Shown here: one piece after another, positions 47,714 to 58,141 of the stretch
Numbering within the stretch: the first letter of the stretch is position 1
How the letters are laid out: each line of letters opens with the position of its first letter
IMG/VR virus record: IMGVR_UViG_3300032282_006300
Span: 1 to 64,000 of that record
Source: a virus
Direction: 5' to 3' (one strand)
Length of the DNA: 64,000 nt
The notes under the pieces: model-generated
What the model was told of the DNA's origin: nothing
The model's input: the letters and a program-made list of their open reading frames with translations, nothing else
Databases searched by the model: none
Program-made: the position numbers and the translations under genes

Positions 47714-49807
47714 TTAAGCCTGATCTTCGTCTAGGTCAATATCTTCTCGGGTCAAGTGACGGCGCATACCTACCACCTTGGGGTCTCCGAACTTGCCTCT
47801 TGGCAAGGGATCGGAAGGTAACAATAAGCCAGATTCGTTGTAAATGGCGTCATTATTTTCTTCTAAAGGTGCTGGAATTTTGTAATGTTCCCTTGCAATC
47901 CCTCGCATACGGCCAGCCTGCTTGTACAAAACGGCCTGACTTGGCATACCAGCCCTCATCTCGTCTGACTCTTCTGGTCGCTGAGCAGGGGCATCATCTT
48001 GTTCTGCCTGCACTTCATCTTCAAGATTTGATGGAATAGTGTTCATCAAATCATCCTCAGTGGGAGCCAAGTTTGGCTGTATAGCATTGGGGTCCGTACC
48101 CAAAGTAGTAACCCTCGTGTTTTGCATTGCATCCGCAGATGGTCCAGCAGTGGGCTCAAAATCGGCTCGCAAGTCCATTGGAATAGGAAGACCGCGGTCG
48201 CGCAATGCCTGATACATAGCCTTGCGGGTTTCTTGTTCTGCAATAGCCAATTGCACTTGCTCTTCTTGGGTGCGCTCAACTTCTTCATCAAGATCAAAAG
48301 GAATATTGAGGAGGCGAGTTTTGATAGAGATAGGAACTCCAGCGGCCCGCAATTGCTCGTAAAAATCACGTTGGTTTTGTTCGTCGGACAGATTCATTGT
48401 CTTGAAACGAAGTTCGGGAATCAACAGTTTGGGTTGTTCAACGATACGCTCTTCGCCTGTTTCTTCGTCAATTTCAAGAACTTCTTCCATTTTGACGTAA
48501 CGCTTACCGTTGCGAACTTCATAATCAAAATGTTCTTGTGCCTCGGCAACAATCAGTGCACGACTACGGTAATGGTTTGCGATCATCTGCTGGTAAGAAG
48601 TAAGCAACTGGCTTACGAGGTCTCGGTTCAAAGCATCCGCCGCATATGTTTCACCAGCGGATGCACCAGAAAGCATGGTCTGGCTCAAACCAAACGACTG
48701 AAGAATACGTCCTTCTAGCCGGTCAAAATCTGCACTCATGTCGGGCATATTTTCGCGACCGAAAACAGATTCCATTTGGATACCAAAATGGTGAACCAAA
48801 ACGCGGAAGTCCGCGGCCAATGCTTGGTCAAGGGCTTCTTCAAAGTTACCCAAGTCGTCATCTGTTGGAATCCAAGGAACTGTTGTCCCCAAGTCTCCGG
48901 CACTTGCGCCCAATTTTGCAAGAATAAGCGGAGTGTAGAGTCGGTCGGCGATAGCATCTTGCGCGGCGTTAAGCATTTCTTCTTGCATAACCGCTCGCAT
49001 GGCACGCATCAAGATCGGCACGCCACGCTTGTTAAACGTATCTGCTTCAAATTTCATTTGTTTCAGCAACACATTGCTGACAGGCATCAATGCTCCATCA
49101 GAAGCATACTGAAGCAATTCTGGGTAATTCTGGATCAAACGTTCATATTCGTATGAAGGTGAGCGCTTTTGGATAATTTCACGAAGTGATTGAGGCAATT
49201 TGATGTATAGATGTGGATCTCGAGAAAAAGGACTGCGTTCAACTTCTACATCGTCAGGGTTGAGAAGTTCTTCATCTTCCCAGACACCAAGAGCCTCATT
49301 GAAAGAACCCAATGACATGGCTTCACCAACGGTCCAATATTGCTTTCCAATGTCAATCAGAAACTTATCGTAATTTAATCCATCTGGACTAAAAAAAAGA
49401 TCGGTATAAAATTCGGTGAGTTGCTCATCTTTACAAACCAACTCGGAACCGAGCAAAGGATATTTGGAGTAAATGTCCACGCAAGATGCAACAATTGGGT
49501 GAGTCAAGTAAAGCAGACGACAGAAGGCCCGGACCTTTTTAAGTTCTTCGTGCTTTTCCACCTCGTAAGGTAGGTTGTTTTGTTTCCAGTAAAACAGTGG
49601 GTCACGAGGACGACCTGTGGCAAAGGACAATTGTGATCCACCACGACCAGCACCCGATGTAGCAGAAGCAGTACGACGGTTTACTGCGCGGTTCTTTCGC
49701 ATCTCTGCAACTTCAGGATTGTCATCTGTAGTGCTTGTTCGACGAAAACTACCTAACGTTTTCATTACAGATTCATCATATGAAGACGGTTTGCTTTCGT
49801 CAGCCAT
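47714..49807 (-). CDS. Portal protein (cluster C-like)
   Basis: CRLLYLTHPIVASCVDIYSKYP...LLNPDDV...RGVPIL.RA...AQDAIADRLYTPLILAKLG. Confidence 0.85.
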   Translation of the reverse strand: MADESKPSSYDESVMKTLGSFRRTSTTDDNPEVAEMRKNRAVNRRTASATSGAGRGGSQLSFATGRPRDPLFYWKQNNLPYEVEKHEELKKVRAFCRLLYLTHPIVASCVDIYSKYPLLGSELVCKDEQLTEFYTDLFFSPDGLNYDKFLIDIGKQYWTVGEAMSLGSFNEALGVWEDEELLNPDDVEVERSPFSRDPHLYIKLPQSLREIIQKRSPSYEYERLIQNYPELLQYASDGALMPVSNVLLKQMKFEADTFNKRGVPILMRAMRAVMQEEMLNAAQDAIADRLYTPLILAKLGASAGDLGTTVPWIPTDDDLGNFEEALDQALAADFRVLVHHFGIQMESVFGRENMPDMSADFDRLEGRILQSFGLSQTMLSGASAGETYAADALNRDLVSQLLTSYQQMIANHYRSRALIVAEAQEHFDYEVRNGKRYVKMEEVLEIDEETGEERIVEQPKLLIPELRFKTMNLSDEQNQRDFYEQLRAAGVPISIKTRLLNIPFDLDEEVERTQEEQVQLAIAEQETRKAMYQALRDRGLPIPMDLRADFEPTAGPSADAMQNTRVTTLGTDPNAIQPNLAPTEDDLMNTIPSNLEDEVQAEQDDAPAQRPEESDEMRAGMPSQAVLYKQAGRMRGIAREHYKIPAPLEENNDAIYNESGLLLPSDPLPRGKFGDPKVVGMRRHLTREDIDLDEDQA

Positions 49808-50112
49808 TAAGACTCCAGACCAGAGGTATACATGTCCCAAGCCTTATGGCCCAGACTACGGATAACATTACCAAAGACACGACGATCTTCCCAATCAGGC
49901 CTACCGTCGTTTTGATACATCATTTTGACGTATTCAGTTAAATTGTCAGAACAAATGCCACACAACTGAATGTAGAAACCCGGCCCTCTTACAATGGCTT
50001 CCGCCGCGATTCCGTAAATGGAGGTTGCTACCGCAGAATCTAGGCGATATGGGTGCAAAACCATAGGCGTAGGCGAATGGAACTTAGATCCTTCGCATAG
50101 TTCGGAGGACAT
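49807..50112 (-). CDS. Hypothetical protein
   Basis: 101 aa, coupled to portal. Confidence 0.55.
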   Translation of the reverse strand: MSSELCEGSKFHSPTPMVLHPYRLDSAVATSIYGIAAEAIVRGPGFYIQLCGICSDNLTEYVKMMYQNDGRPDWEDRRVFGNVIRSLGHKAWDMYTSGLES

Positions 50113-50126
50113 TTCAATTTCCTGAC

Positions 50127-50759
50127 TTAGTTTTGACCCATGCGAGATGCTTTAACGGCCCTTAGCACCTCGGGTGAACGACCGCTAAATTCAATAGCAA
50201 GGTGTCGCAAATAATCTTCCTCACTCACCAAAACACCACTGGCGGTTTTGTAAGATTTTTTAGCAAGTTCTTCATCTTGTGGTTGAATATCGGGATTTTC
50301 TTCTTCCGCTTCTTCCTCGGATACATCTTCGGGATTAATAGGATCTTCTTGGCCCAAAGAGTCTTGTCCGTCCATTGCGGTGCCTTGGGTTGGTTCTGCG
50401 TTTGGCATACCGGGAATTTCTACGGGCACTCCATCAACTGTCTGCGGGAAAGCAGGATAAGAAGGTTGAAGGCGAACCATAAAGTTGATACCACAAAAAC
50501 CACATTCAACTGCCCCATCAGAACGGGCAGTTACCTGACCACTACCGCACATGGGGCAGTGAAAAATACGAAATTGGTCACCGCTATCGTGAGCCTGCAC
50601 CCTAATAGATGACATTGTTTTCCTTCCAGAACTCTTTGATGCCGAAACCATTCCGCCACGGGGACGCTCTAAACAAGCCGGACAAAGCATCTGATCGCCC
50701 GAACGACTGCGGGGTACGTACGGATCCATCTTGACTCCGCAATCATCACACAGCCTCAT
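50127..50759 (-). CDS. Zinc-ribbon head-region protein
   Basis: AHDSGD..IFHCPMCGSGQV..RSDG.VECGFC, late promoter upstream. Confidence 0.6.
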   Translation of the reverse strand: MRLCDDCGVKMDPYVPRSRSGDQMLCPACLERPRGGMVSASKSSGRKTMSSIRVQAHDSGDQFRIFHCPMCGSGQVTARSDGAVECGFCGINFMVRLQPSYPAFPQTVDGVPVEIPGMPNAEPTQGTAMDGQDSLGQEDPINPEDVSEEEAEEENPDIQPQDEELAKKSYKTASGVLVSEEDYLRHLAIEFSGRSPEVLRAVKASRMGQN

Positions 50760-50771
50760 ATAGAGCCTCCT

Positions 50772-50807
50772 CTACCTTTTTGGAGCCGTTTAAGGTGATG
50801 CGACAGG
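50772..50807 (-). promoter_or_regulatory. Putative late promoter (CCTGTC-N21-AAAAGGTAG)
   Basis: Copy of the recurrent motif. Confidence 0.65.
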
Positions 50808-51866
50808 GGTTTTGGGCTCGTTCAGGGCTTTCATGTACCAAGACATGTTTTCTTGCAATCTGGGGTCTTCAGGAAACAAGTCTAATGCTTTTTGACCATA
50901 GGATAGGGCCAGATCATGCGCACCGCAATTATGGGCGCATAAAGCCGCAATATCATAGATGTAGAAATTCCAGGCTTTATCTTCTGTGATGTATGCGGGG
51001 TGTTTAAAATCCATAGAAACTGCTCTATTGGCCATGCCAAGACCACATTGCCAACGACCTTCGTTGTAATACAATTCTGCCAATTCTACAAAAGGTTCTC
51101 TGCGGTCAGAAGTTTCTGCACAAGCCTTTAGTAACCAAGTTTCAGCATTGTTGGGTTCGCATTTGGCGAGCATAATCATTGATTCAGAACGTTCGTATGA
51201 CCAACCACCAAGGGTTAGATAACGTTTAAGTTCTTCGGCACATTCTTCAAAACGTTGAACATAAAATAATTCTCTGCCGTAATAAAAAGACATACGGGAA
51301 TCATCCGGCAAATCTTTTACTGCTTGTTCAAGCATAGGTAGGTAATTGCGGGGTTTGGTGCGATCTGGCATATGTTCGCTAATTACCTTACTGCTGGCCC
51401 TAATGCACGGTGTAACTTCAAGCATTTCGTGAATAGGCCAAACCCAACGTGAGCCGTGGCGAGCATGGATGTTTACACGTTCCCAACTTTGCAATGGCGT
51501 TCCATCGGGCAATTTGCTATTGATAAATAAATAACCAAATTGTGTGGCTTCTGGATTTTCTTCAATAGTTTTTTCTAATTCTTCTCGCCATCCTTCATGC
51601 AAAATTTCATCCATATCGACACTGAAACAAAAATCAACATCGTCGGGGATAAGGTTGAGCGCATCATTGCGTGCCTGATCAAATTTAAAAGTTTTATATT
51701 TTTTCTTATGAACCGTTACGCCAGAGGCTTTGGCAATTTTGACGGTATCGTCTTCTGAGCCTGTATCAAGAATTAAACGAACGTCTGCATCTTTTGCTGA
51801 TTCAGCCCAACGGGCAACATGCTTGGCTTCGTTTTTGGCTATTGAATATACAGCGATCTTTGGCAT
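50790..51866 (-). CDS. GT2 glycosyltransferase with TPR repeats
   Basis: IAKNE...DTGSEDDT...FDQARNDAL...VDMDE...W..PIHE plus TPR-like helical C-terminus. Confidence 0.88.
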   Translation of the reverse strand: MPKIAVYSIAKNEAKHVARWAESAKDADVRLILDTGSEDDTVKIAKASGVTVHKKKYKTFKFDQARNDALNLIPDDVDFCFSVDMDEILHEGWREELEKTIEENPEATQFGYLFINSKLPDGTPLQSWERVNIHARHGSRWVWPIHEMLEVTPCIRASSKVISEHMPDRTKPRNYLPMLEQAVKDLPDDSRMSFYYGRELFYVQRFEECAEELKRYLTLGGWSYERSESMIMLAKCEPNNAETWLLKACAETSDRREPFVELAELYYNEGRWQCGLGMANRAVSMDFKHPAYITEDKAWNFYIYDIAALCAHNCGAHDLALSYGQKALDLFPEDPRLQENMSWYMKALNEPKTPVASP

Positions 51867-51900
51867 AACAACAGATCATAGTACCTTTATGGGATAAGGT

Positions 51901-52380
51901 CTAGTCTTCGTAGAAAGCGTCTCTAATAAGCACAGAAGCCGCGGTACGGACAACAGAATCGGCCTCTTCTTCATCCAATTGGCTCAATACTTCAATAAAA
52001 GATGGGTCTCTACGAATAAGACTTGCCACCAGAATCAAGGCATCTTCAGCGATATCTTGAAAAGCGGCTAGGTGGCCAGATTCGTGCATGGCATTTAAAA
52101 TTGCCGTTTCCCCACCCATGTCGTACACATCGCGAACAGCAAAAGCCGTCAAACCAGAAGTTTCCAGAGAGTCGTTCAAATCTGTGTCAATTGAACTGGT
52201 TGATTGCAAAGGCGAAAGATCGTGTAAAGCCACAGGAACAATCTGTCCTGCAGAAATACCATTTTCAAAAGAAATATGTGCTGTATTCGAAGACATCAAA
52301 AGGATGCGACCCTCATCACCAAGATTGAGTTCGCTGGTTGCATAACCTGTGTATGCTACCTTTTGTCCTTCGCGCAACAT
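51901..52380 (-). CDS. Hypothetical protein
   Basis: 159 aa with AAGGA RBS. Confidence 0.6.
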   Translation of the reverse strand: MLREGQKVAYTGYATSELNLGDEGRILLMSSNTAHISFENGISAGQIVPVALHDLSPLQSTSSIDTDLNDSLETSGLTAFAVRDVYDMGGETAILNAMHESGHLAAFQDIAEDALILVASLIRRDPSFIEVLSQLDEEEADSVVRTAASVLIRDAFYED

Positions 52381-52388
52381 ATTAATCC

Positions 52389-53717
52389 TTATGGTTGTTG
52401 TTGTTGTTGTTGTTGGTTGTTTTGTTTTTGAGGAGGATTAAAACTTTTTGGAATTTTATTCAAAAGTGGTCCAGCACCAGGAAGCAAAACATTTACTCCA
52501 GTTTCGACCACTTTAGGAATTGCTCTTTTTACGGCTTGTTCAATTGGTCCATCAGGAGGAGAAGATGGCGGTTGAAAATTTAAAGAGTTGGCAAAACCTC
52601 CACCCAAGAAAGACATAGGGTATTCTGCCATCGCGGAAATAGCGATAACCCGTGCTTCTTTATCGCTTAAATGCGGATTGTCTTGAAGTACCTTTGCGGT
52701 AAAAAGCAACAAAGAAATTTTAGGCGACGAAGTGTCTGGTGAATTAGCACCACTAGAAGCAGGATTAAACATACCGGGCTGTCCCCCGCTCAGCCCGGGA
52801 TTTCTCATTTGGCGGTTAATTAATTCTGGATCACTTGATTCTAGCCCCATTGCGGGTGAGGTTCCGTTTCCGTAATTAGAAGAAGGACCTGCACTGCTTG
52901 GCAACATGCCATTATTGTATTGAATACTGGCTGGGGTGCTATTGGCACTAGACCTTTTATCAATAGTGCCCTGCTCTTCTAAGTCTCCAGAACCGCACAA
53001 AGGACATTTGCGAGGACCTTGTGGATTTTTTAAATCGTTAAAAGCGTCGTCTTCATCTTTATGATTACAATTTTTACATTTAAGTTCTACAACCATATCT
53101 GCTTTTTTTAAGATACCAACAGAGAATTTTGATGACAGGTATTCCCAACGACCGTTAGGTACATACACGCCATCTTCATCTTGTTCTGTGAGATGCACTT
53201 TTATCCTCGGGGCTTGTTCTGAAGGCTTTTGTTTTTTTGAAGGTGAAGGAGCCGGTTCAGATGTTTGTTGTGGTTGTTGTGGTGGTTGTGGTTTTTGTGG
53301 ACGTTGCACGTTTGTTTCTTTTTTTTTAGGTTTTCCCATCAATTCGTCAAATTTTTCAAAACCTTTTAGCAGTTTTTGATCTAAACCTTGAAAACCTTGC
53401 CAATGGTTTTCATTAAGTTCACCTTTGTGGTTTAAACGATTTTGTACCGTATTGATAATATTTTTTATATCTGCTGTGGTACCAGAAGCAGTTACACCAT
53501 CATTGTTTTCATTTAGTGGGCGAGTGCTTTCATCGTGGCAAGGACCACAAAAAACCATTTTGCCATTATCAATGGAGACACCACAACATTCTCCTGCATT
53601 CAAACCACAATTATCGCATTTTGGCGTAGGGTGTCCCGGCTCAACAAAATCTTGTTCGGCAGGTGAATGTCCGCACCGAGATTTGTTGGCTGTTTGAGAA
53701 CCATACTTATCGGCCAT
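52389..53717 (-). CDS. Low-complexity modular protein with Zn ribbons
   Basis: CxxC modules and P/Q-rich linkers. Confidence 0.6.
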   Translation of the reverse strand: MADKYGSQTANKSRCGHSPAEQDFVEPGHPTPKCDNCGLNAGECCGVSIDNGKMVFCGPCHDESTRPLNENNDGVTASGTTADIKNIINTVQNRLNHKGELNENHWQGFQGLDQKLLKGFEKFDELMGKPKKKETNVQRPQKPQPPQQPQQTSEPAPSPSKKQKPSEQAPRIKVHLTEQDEDGVYVPNGRWEYLSSKFSVGILKKADMVVELKCKNCNHKDEDDAFNDLKNPQGPRKCPLCGSGDLEEQGTIDKRSSANSTPASIQYNNGMLPSSAGPSSNYGNGTSPAMGLESSDPELINRQMRNPGLSGGQPGMFNPASSGANSPDTSSPKISLLLFTAKVLQDNPHLSDKEARVIAISAMAEYPMSFLGGGFANSLNFQPPSSPPDGPIEQAVKRAIPKVVETGVNVLLPGAGPLLNKIPKSFNPPQKQNNQQQQQQQP

Positions 53718-53719
53718 TA

Positions 53720-55462
53720 TTAACCCATATCGTTTTCAATTTGTGGATCGAAAGAACTAAGACGATGGGTACGTTGCCATCCCCATACAGGGTTGTAATA
53801 ACCATTTGGAGTATTTTTATGCACATGGTTCATAATATGTGTATGCGCGTGAACACCAAAAAAATCAGTAAGTTCTCGATGATCAGACGGTGATACGTTG
53901 TATTTCTTGTACATAGCAAGTTGGGGTTCGGTTGGTTCGTCGTTATAAGTTTCACTGATCGCGTGATCTTCAGAACAATCGTCCGCACCGGCCGTTTTAT
54001 TAAAATTTAGGCGACTGCTAGATTGGCTAGAAACTTTGAGCGACTTATAATCGCTGTGCAAGCGCTTGCTTGCGGCAACAGCCTCGTCACGGGTTTGGTG
54101 TGAGGAAAGAACATTGCCTGATTTCTTGTCAATGATTACCCACATGCCATTGCGCTTACGCACATTGCCAGCCGCGGTACGGCGTGAGGCAGTCTTGCGG
54201 GAGGCAGTGGTGCCCATTGGGTAAGAACGATCCGGGTGCGTGTGATCAGCATGGCCATCGTTGTGCATCTGATCGTGCAAATTTGCAATAGTCTCTTCGT
54301 GAGCACTGCCACGGTCTTCATCATCCTTAATAGACAAATCAGGCCCAGGAAGAAATTCAGTCCAAAGATTATGATCGTTCTCAATGTGCTGAACCATAGG
54401 GTGGCTTTCCACGTCGTCAGGATCAACCCCCCAGCCAAGGATGTTTGCGAGATACGGGCCTTCCTTGGGGGCATCATCCGAACCTGCAACCAGGAGAGGG
54501 TTGTCTTCTTCATCGCCTGGGTGCCAGTGGTCAATACTGCCATCGGCGTGCTCATTGTCATGTTTTTCTTTAAGCAATTGCCCGACATCAGTGCGTCCAC
54601 CATTACGCGCTTTGTATGCTGCGTCGTCATGAACTTGGCTCAAAATATCACCGGCACCATTGCCGTGATCTTCAACAAGGTGATCCATAGCCTCGTTAAT
54701 GTGGTGATCTTCAGCAGCGGTCTTGCGGGAGGACTGTGCACGCTTGTGATCACTCATACCACGTCCATCGCAACCTGGACAAGTGTTATCACCATGATTA
54801 ATCTCGCCATCTGTGGTACCTGTGCCATTACAAGAAATACAAGTCATATGGCCAGTCTTGCGAGCGGCAGTGGTGCTGTTGTCTTCTGATTGGCATTGAG
54901 GACAAACAAGATGTAGTTTTCCATCAAACGTGGTGTAATCTGACCAATTTTCTTTTTTGCCAGAGAACCCGCACTTATTACACTTAGCAGAAGACCCGTC
55001 ATCACCAGCGGTACGGCGTGAGGAAGTGGTGTTGCCTCTCTGCCTTTTGTCATATTCAGCAAAGGGGTCGGTGTCTTTGTATTCAGGCAAATTATTTTTA
55101 TTTGCGTGTTCTCCGAAAAACTCACAAGCCAAACATACATTTGGGTCTTCAGCATCGCATCCACAAGGGCAACTGCAAATACCGTTGTTTGCCAACTTGA
55201 CGTTACCGGCCTCAACCAGCATTTCCCAACGGTTACGCAAAGAAGCAGTAACTTCATCAAGAGGAACACCTGTGCTATCTGACAACTCCTGAATGCTCGC
55301 GGTGGCCAGCATTAGGCGACCTTCGAACTCATCGTTGGTCTGCGCCAGAGCAAGGTATTGCATGACACCAGTTGATGCCACACGGAGGTTAGCCTGAGCA
55401 ACTAGACGCGCTTCTGAATCGTAATCGCGTGAAGCCTCATCCCAAACGGAGTAGCCATCCAT
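53720..55462 (-). CDS. SRKTA-delimited modular polyprotein (putative internal head protein)
   Basis: SRRTA, ARKTG, SRKTA x2, SRRTA and FNKTA separate Cys/His modules. Confidence 0.7.
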   Translation of the reverse strand: MDGYSVWDEASRDYDSEARLVAQANLRVASTGVMQYLALAQTNDEFEGRLMLATASIQELSDSTGVPLDEVTASLRNRWEMLVEAGNVKLANNGICSCPCGCDAEDPNVCLACEFFGEHANKNNLPEYKDTDPFAEYDKRQRGNTTSSRRTAGDDGSSAKCNKCGFSGKKENWSDYTTFDGKLHLVCPQCQSEDNSTTAARKTGHMTCISCNGTGTTDGEINHGDNTCPGCDGRGMSDHKRAQSSRKTAAEDHHINEAMDHLVEDHGNGAGDILSQVHDDAAYKARNGGRTDVGQLLKEKHDNEHADGSIDHWHPGDEEDNPLLVAGSDDAPKEGPYLANILGWGVDPDDVESHPMVQHIENDHNLWTEFLPGPDLSIKDDEDRGSAHEETIANLHDQMHNDGHADHTHPDRSYPMGTTASRKTASRRTAAGNVRKRNGMWVIIDKKSGNVLSSHQTRDEAVAASKRLHSDYKSLKVSSQSSSRLNFNKTAGADDCSEDHAISETYNDEPTEPQLAMYKKYNVSPSDHRELTDFFGVHAHTHIMNHVHKNTPNGYYNPVWGWQRTHRLSSFDPQIENDMG

Positions 55463-55480
55463 AGTTATATTTCCTCTTCC

Positions 55481-58141
55481 TTAGTTTTCTTTGGTTACAA
55501 GAGAGATATTATCTTCAATTGCTTGACGGAAGTTGGCCAGACGGCGAGCACTCGTCAATTGTTGTGTTGCTGGCATTGAGACGTTGATCTCGGCATTAAT
55601 CACACCTTGACCAAAGGGCTCAACACCATTGTAGGGTGCAGGACCACCGGGACGAGCGGGATCAGTTCCTCCAGCGTTAGGACCATCGCGGCCCGGACCG
55701 TTAATGGGGGTTTCACCAACGGGGGAAGGTGTAGCGTCTGGAGCCATAGTGTCAAGGTCAGTTGACGTGGCACTCTCAACGCGAAGGTAAGCACCCTTCA
55801 TAATTCCACCTTGATCAGAAATGACCTTCAAGGAGAAATCTTTATGAAGTGCAATGCGCTGGCTAAACTCTGGATACTTGTTGGCTTGCTTGCGATGCTT
55901 GGCAACCCAAGCCTCTTGAGAACCAATGTTGTCAGAGATACCTGCGTACAGGCCAGCCTCAAACTCGGCAGAACCGGTGCGAACCAATGGCTTGCTTGCG
56001 TCCCATTTGCTTGCAAACTTGTAAGCCTTACGGAATTCAGGGTCCTGATTTGCATCTTCTGGAGTGAAAAGGCTAGAGGTGCGTTGCGCTTGTGCTTCGT
56101 CCAATTGCCTTTCTAGATCCTTGTTGTTTTCTGGTGCGTGTTTGGGAGATGGTGAATTTCCTCGCCAAATCTGGTCACTTTCATACCTTTGACTGTAAGG
56201 CAAAGTTTCATCATCAATATATTTGCCCGGACGATTAAGGTGCAATTTACTTACGTCGGTTGGAAGATCCGCGGCTGGACCTTTACGACGAAATGGGTTG
56301 CGACCAGCGGTACCACTCAAAAATGCCTGACCATTATCGCCACCGGCTGAGTAAGGCATGTCCTTGGGGTTACGCTCATCGCGTGCTTCGCCAATACCCT
56401 TTTGGTAACCTGCAACATAACCGGAGGAGAAAGCAAGACCACTTGATGCATCAGAGTAGGTAGGTGCATCACCATTGGCGCCATCAGCCATACCGGCCGC
56501 AAAACCAGCGGTGTACGAGCCACCCTGCTGAGGTTGTGGGGTAGTAGCAGGGGAATTTGCTACATCAGGTTGTGCAACTGCGTGAGGTGCATCGGAGTTA
56601 CCGTACATGTCAGCAGTTTTGCGAGAAGCCGTTGGCGGTGCTATGCCGTCGAGAAACGGTCCCCTGCAATCATCGCAACTCCACCTAGTTTGATTAGGAT
56701 TCCCATAAGAGATATAGACAGACGGTTTTGCCCCAGCGGCTCCACAATTGTCGCAAGTTGCTTCAGCAGCAGTCTTGCGGGAGGCGTTCTTGGGCGCGTT
56801 GACTTCAGCGGGAACCATACCCATGCCACCGCAATTACCGCAGGAGTTCTTGCCATCTTTAGTCTTTCCAGTGGCATCACAAGAACGGCAAGAAAAATCA
56901 GCGGGAGCAGCAATACGGCGAGAGCCGGTAAAACCAAATTCGTGTTGTCTACCCGGCAAATATCCGCGAAGGTGTTCGTTTATGTGGGCTTTGGCGTCCG
57001 CAACGCTTTCATGGTCGTGCTGATTTTGATCGTCGTGGGTATTTTCATTTCCCATAATTGTGAAAATACGATTGGGATCATCTCCACTTTGATAAATGTG
57101 ACCGAATGCAAAATTGCCATCTCTGTCTTTAGTCTCTGCGCTGTGTAAAAGTGGATCATCTCCACCATTTGGATCAATTCCACCCTCGTCATACCACTGA
57201 ATTTTAGCAGCAGTCTTGGTTGCGGCAACAGCCTTATCAATTGCTGCTGGTGCCGCCTGAGTAAAATCCTGATCATCAGCCTCTGGGTCCACAACCGGAC
57301 CGCCAAGCATCCAAGGGTAAGCAACTTCACCCGGAAGTGGGGTGGGCTTGGGCATGTTGTTGGGGTCAATGGTTTGAGCAATCTGATCCAAGGTGCTTGC
57401 GGCTTCACGCTGACGAAACTCATCCAAGTTGTAGGAGTGAGAAATGGCAACTGAAGTTACATTAGCAAAGTTAGCGGTTCCGCCACCGGGAACTGGGGGC
57501 CATTCTCCTTGGCCTTGTCCTCCACCAAGTTGCTCAATTTCAGCAAGCAATGGGTTGTTGTAAGTTCCCTCTTGCGCGACAGCCTGATCATTAATCGGGT
57601 GAACTGGGTCTTCAAAAGTGGGGAAGGTAGCCGCAGGGTATTCAGTAGCCTTGGGCATGTTATTGGGATCAATGAGTTGGTCAACCTGATCCAAGCCGGA
57701 TGCGGCTTCGCGGTTCAAGAATGCAACGTATTGCAAGAACGACTGCTCGGCGTCAGGTGCATAAACACCGTAAGTGCTGGCGGTACGACGAGCAATACCA
57801 CGGGCCTGCTCAACAAACTCTGGAACGTCATTTTTGACTTCGTCAGAGATGCGGTTGAACCACAATGATGCTTCAGCCATCACTGCTTGGTGATAGTTAT
57901 TGTCCTGAGTGTCGTCATCCATGCTCAACCAGTCGGTGGAGGCAGTGTGAAACTCGTGCACTCGCACGGGCGACAATGTCTGCTCTACAATCGCGCTGGT
58001 GAAGTCTAGACTTCGGTCTTCAGCGATGTTGCTGGCCTGACGAGCGTCAAGTGCTTCAAGTTCTGAAACCAAAGCGATCTGCTCAGCAAGAGATGATGCT
58101 TTTTGCAAGGATGCCATGATTTCGGCACGAGAGTTGTTCAC
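55481..58141 (-). CDS. SRKTA-delimited modular polyprotein (putative internal head/core protein)
   Basis: Duplicated REAAS.LDQ..Q.IDPNNMPK, plus KTAA, SRRIA and SRKTA x2. Confidence 0.7.
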   Translation of the reverse strand: MNNSRAEIMASLQKASSLAEQIALVSELEALDARQASNIAEDRSLDFTSAIVEQTLSPVRVHEFHTASTDWLSMDDDTQDNNYHQAVMAEASLWFNRISDEVKNDVPEFVEQARGIARRTASTYGVYAPDAEQSFLQYVAFLNREAASGLDQVDQLIDPNNMPKATEYPAATFPTFEDPVHPINDQAVAQEGTYNNPLLAEIEQLGGGQGQGEWPPVPGGGTANFANVTSVAISHSYNLDEFRQREAASTLDQIAQTIDPNNMPKPTPLPGEVAYPWMLGGPVVDPEADDQDFTQAAPAAIDKAVAATKTAAKIQWYDEGGIDPNGGDDPLLHSAETKDRDGNFAFGHIYQSGDDPNRIFTIMGNENTHDDQNQHDHESVADAKAHINEHLRGYLPGRQHEFGFTGSRRIAAPADFSCRSCDATGKTKDGKNSCGNCGGMGMVPAEVNAPKNASRKTAAEATCDNCGAAGAKPSVYISYGNPNQTRWSCDDCRGPFLDGIAPPTASRKTADMYGNSDAPHAVAQPDVANSPATTPQPQQGGSYTAGFAAGMADGANGDAPTYSDASSGLAFSSGYVAGYQKGIGEARDERNPKDMPYSAGGDNGQAFLSGTAGRNPFRRKGPAADLPTDVSKLHLNRPGKYIDDETLPYSQRYESDQIWRGNSPSPKHAPENNKDLERQLDEAQAQRTSSLFTPEDANQDPEFRKAYKFASKWDASKPLVRTGSAEFEAGLYAGISDNIGSQEAWVAKHRKQANKYPEFSQRIALHKDFSLKVISDQGGIMKGAYLRVESATSTDLDTMAPDATPSPVGETPINGPGRDGPNAGGTDPARPGGPAPYNGVEPFGQGVINAEINVSMPATQQLTSARRLANFRQAIEDNISLVTKEN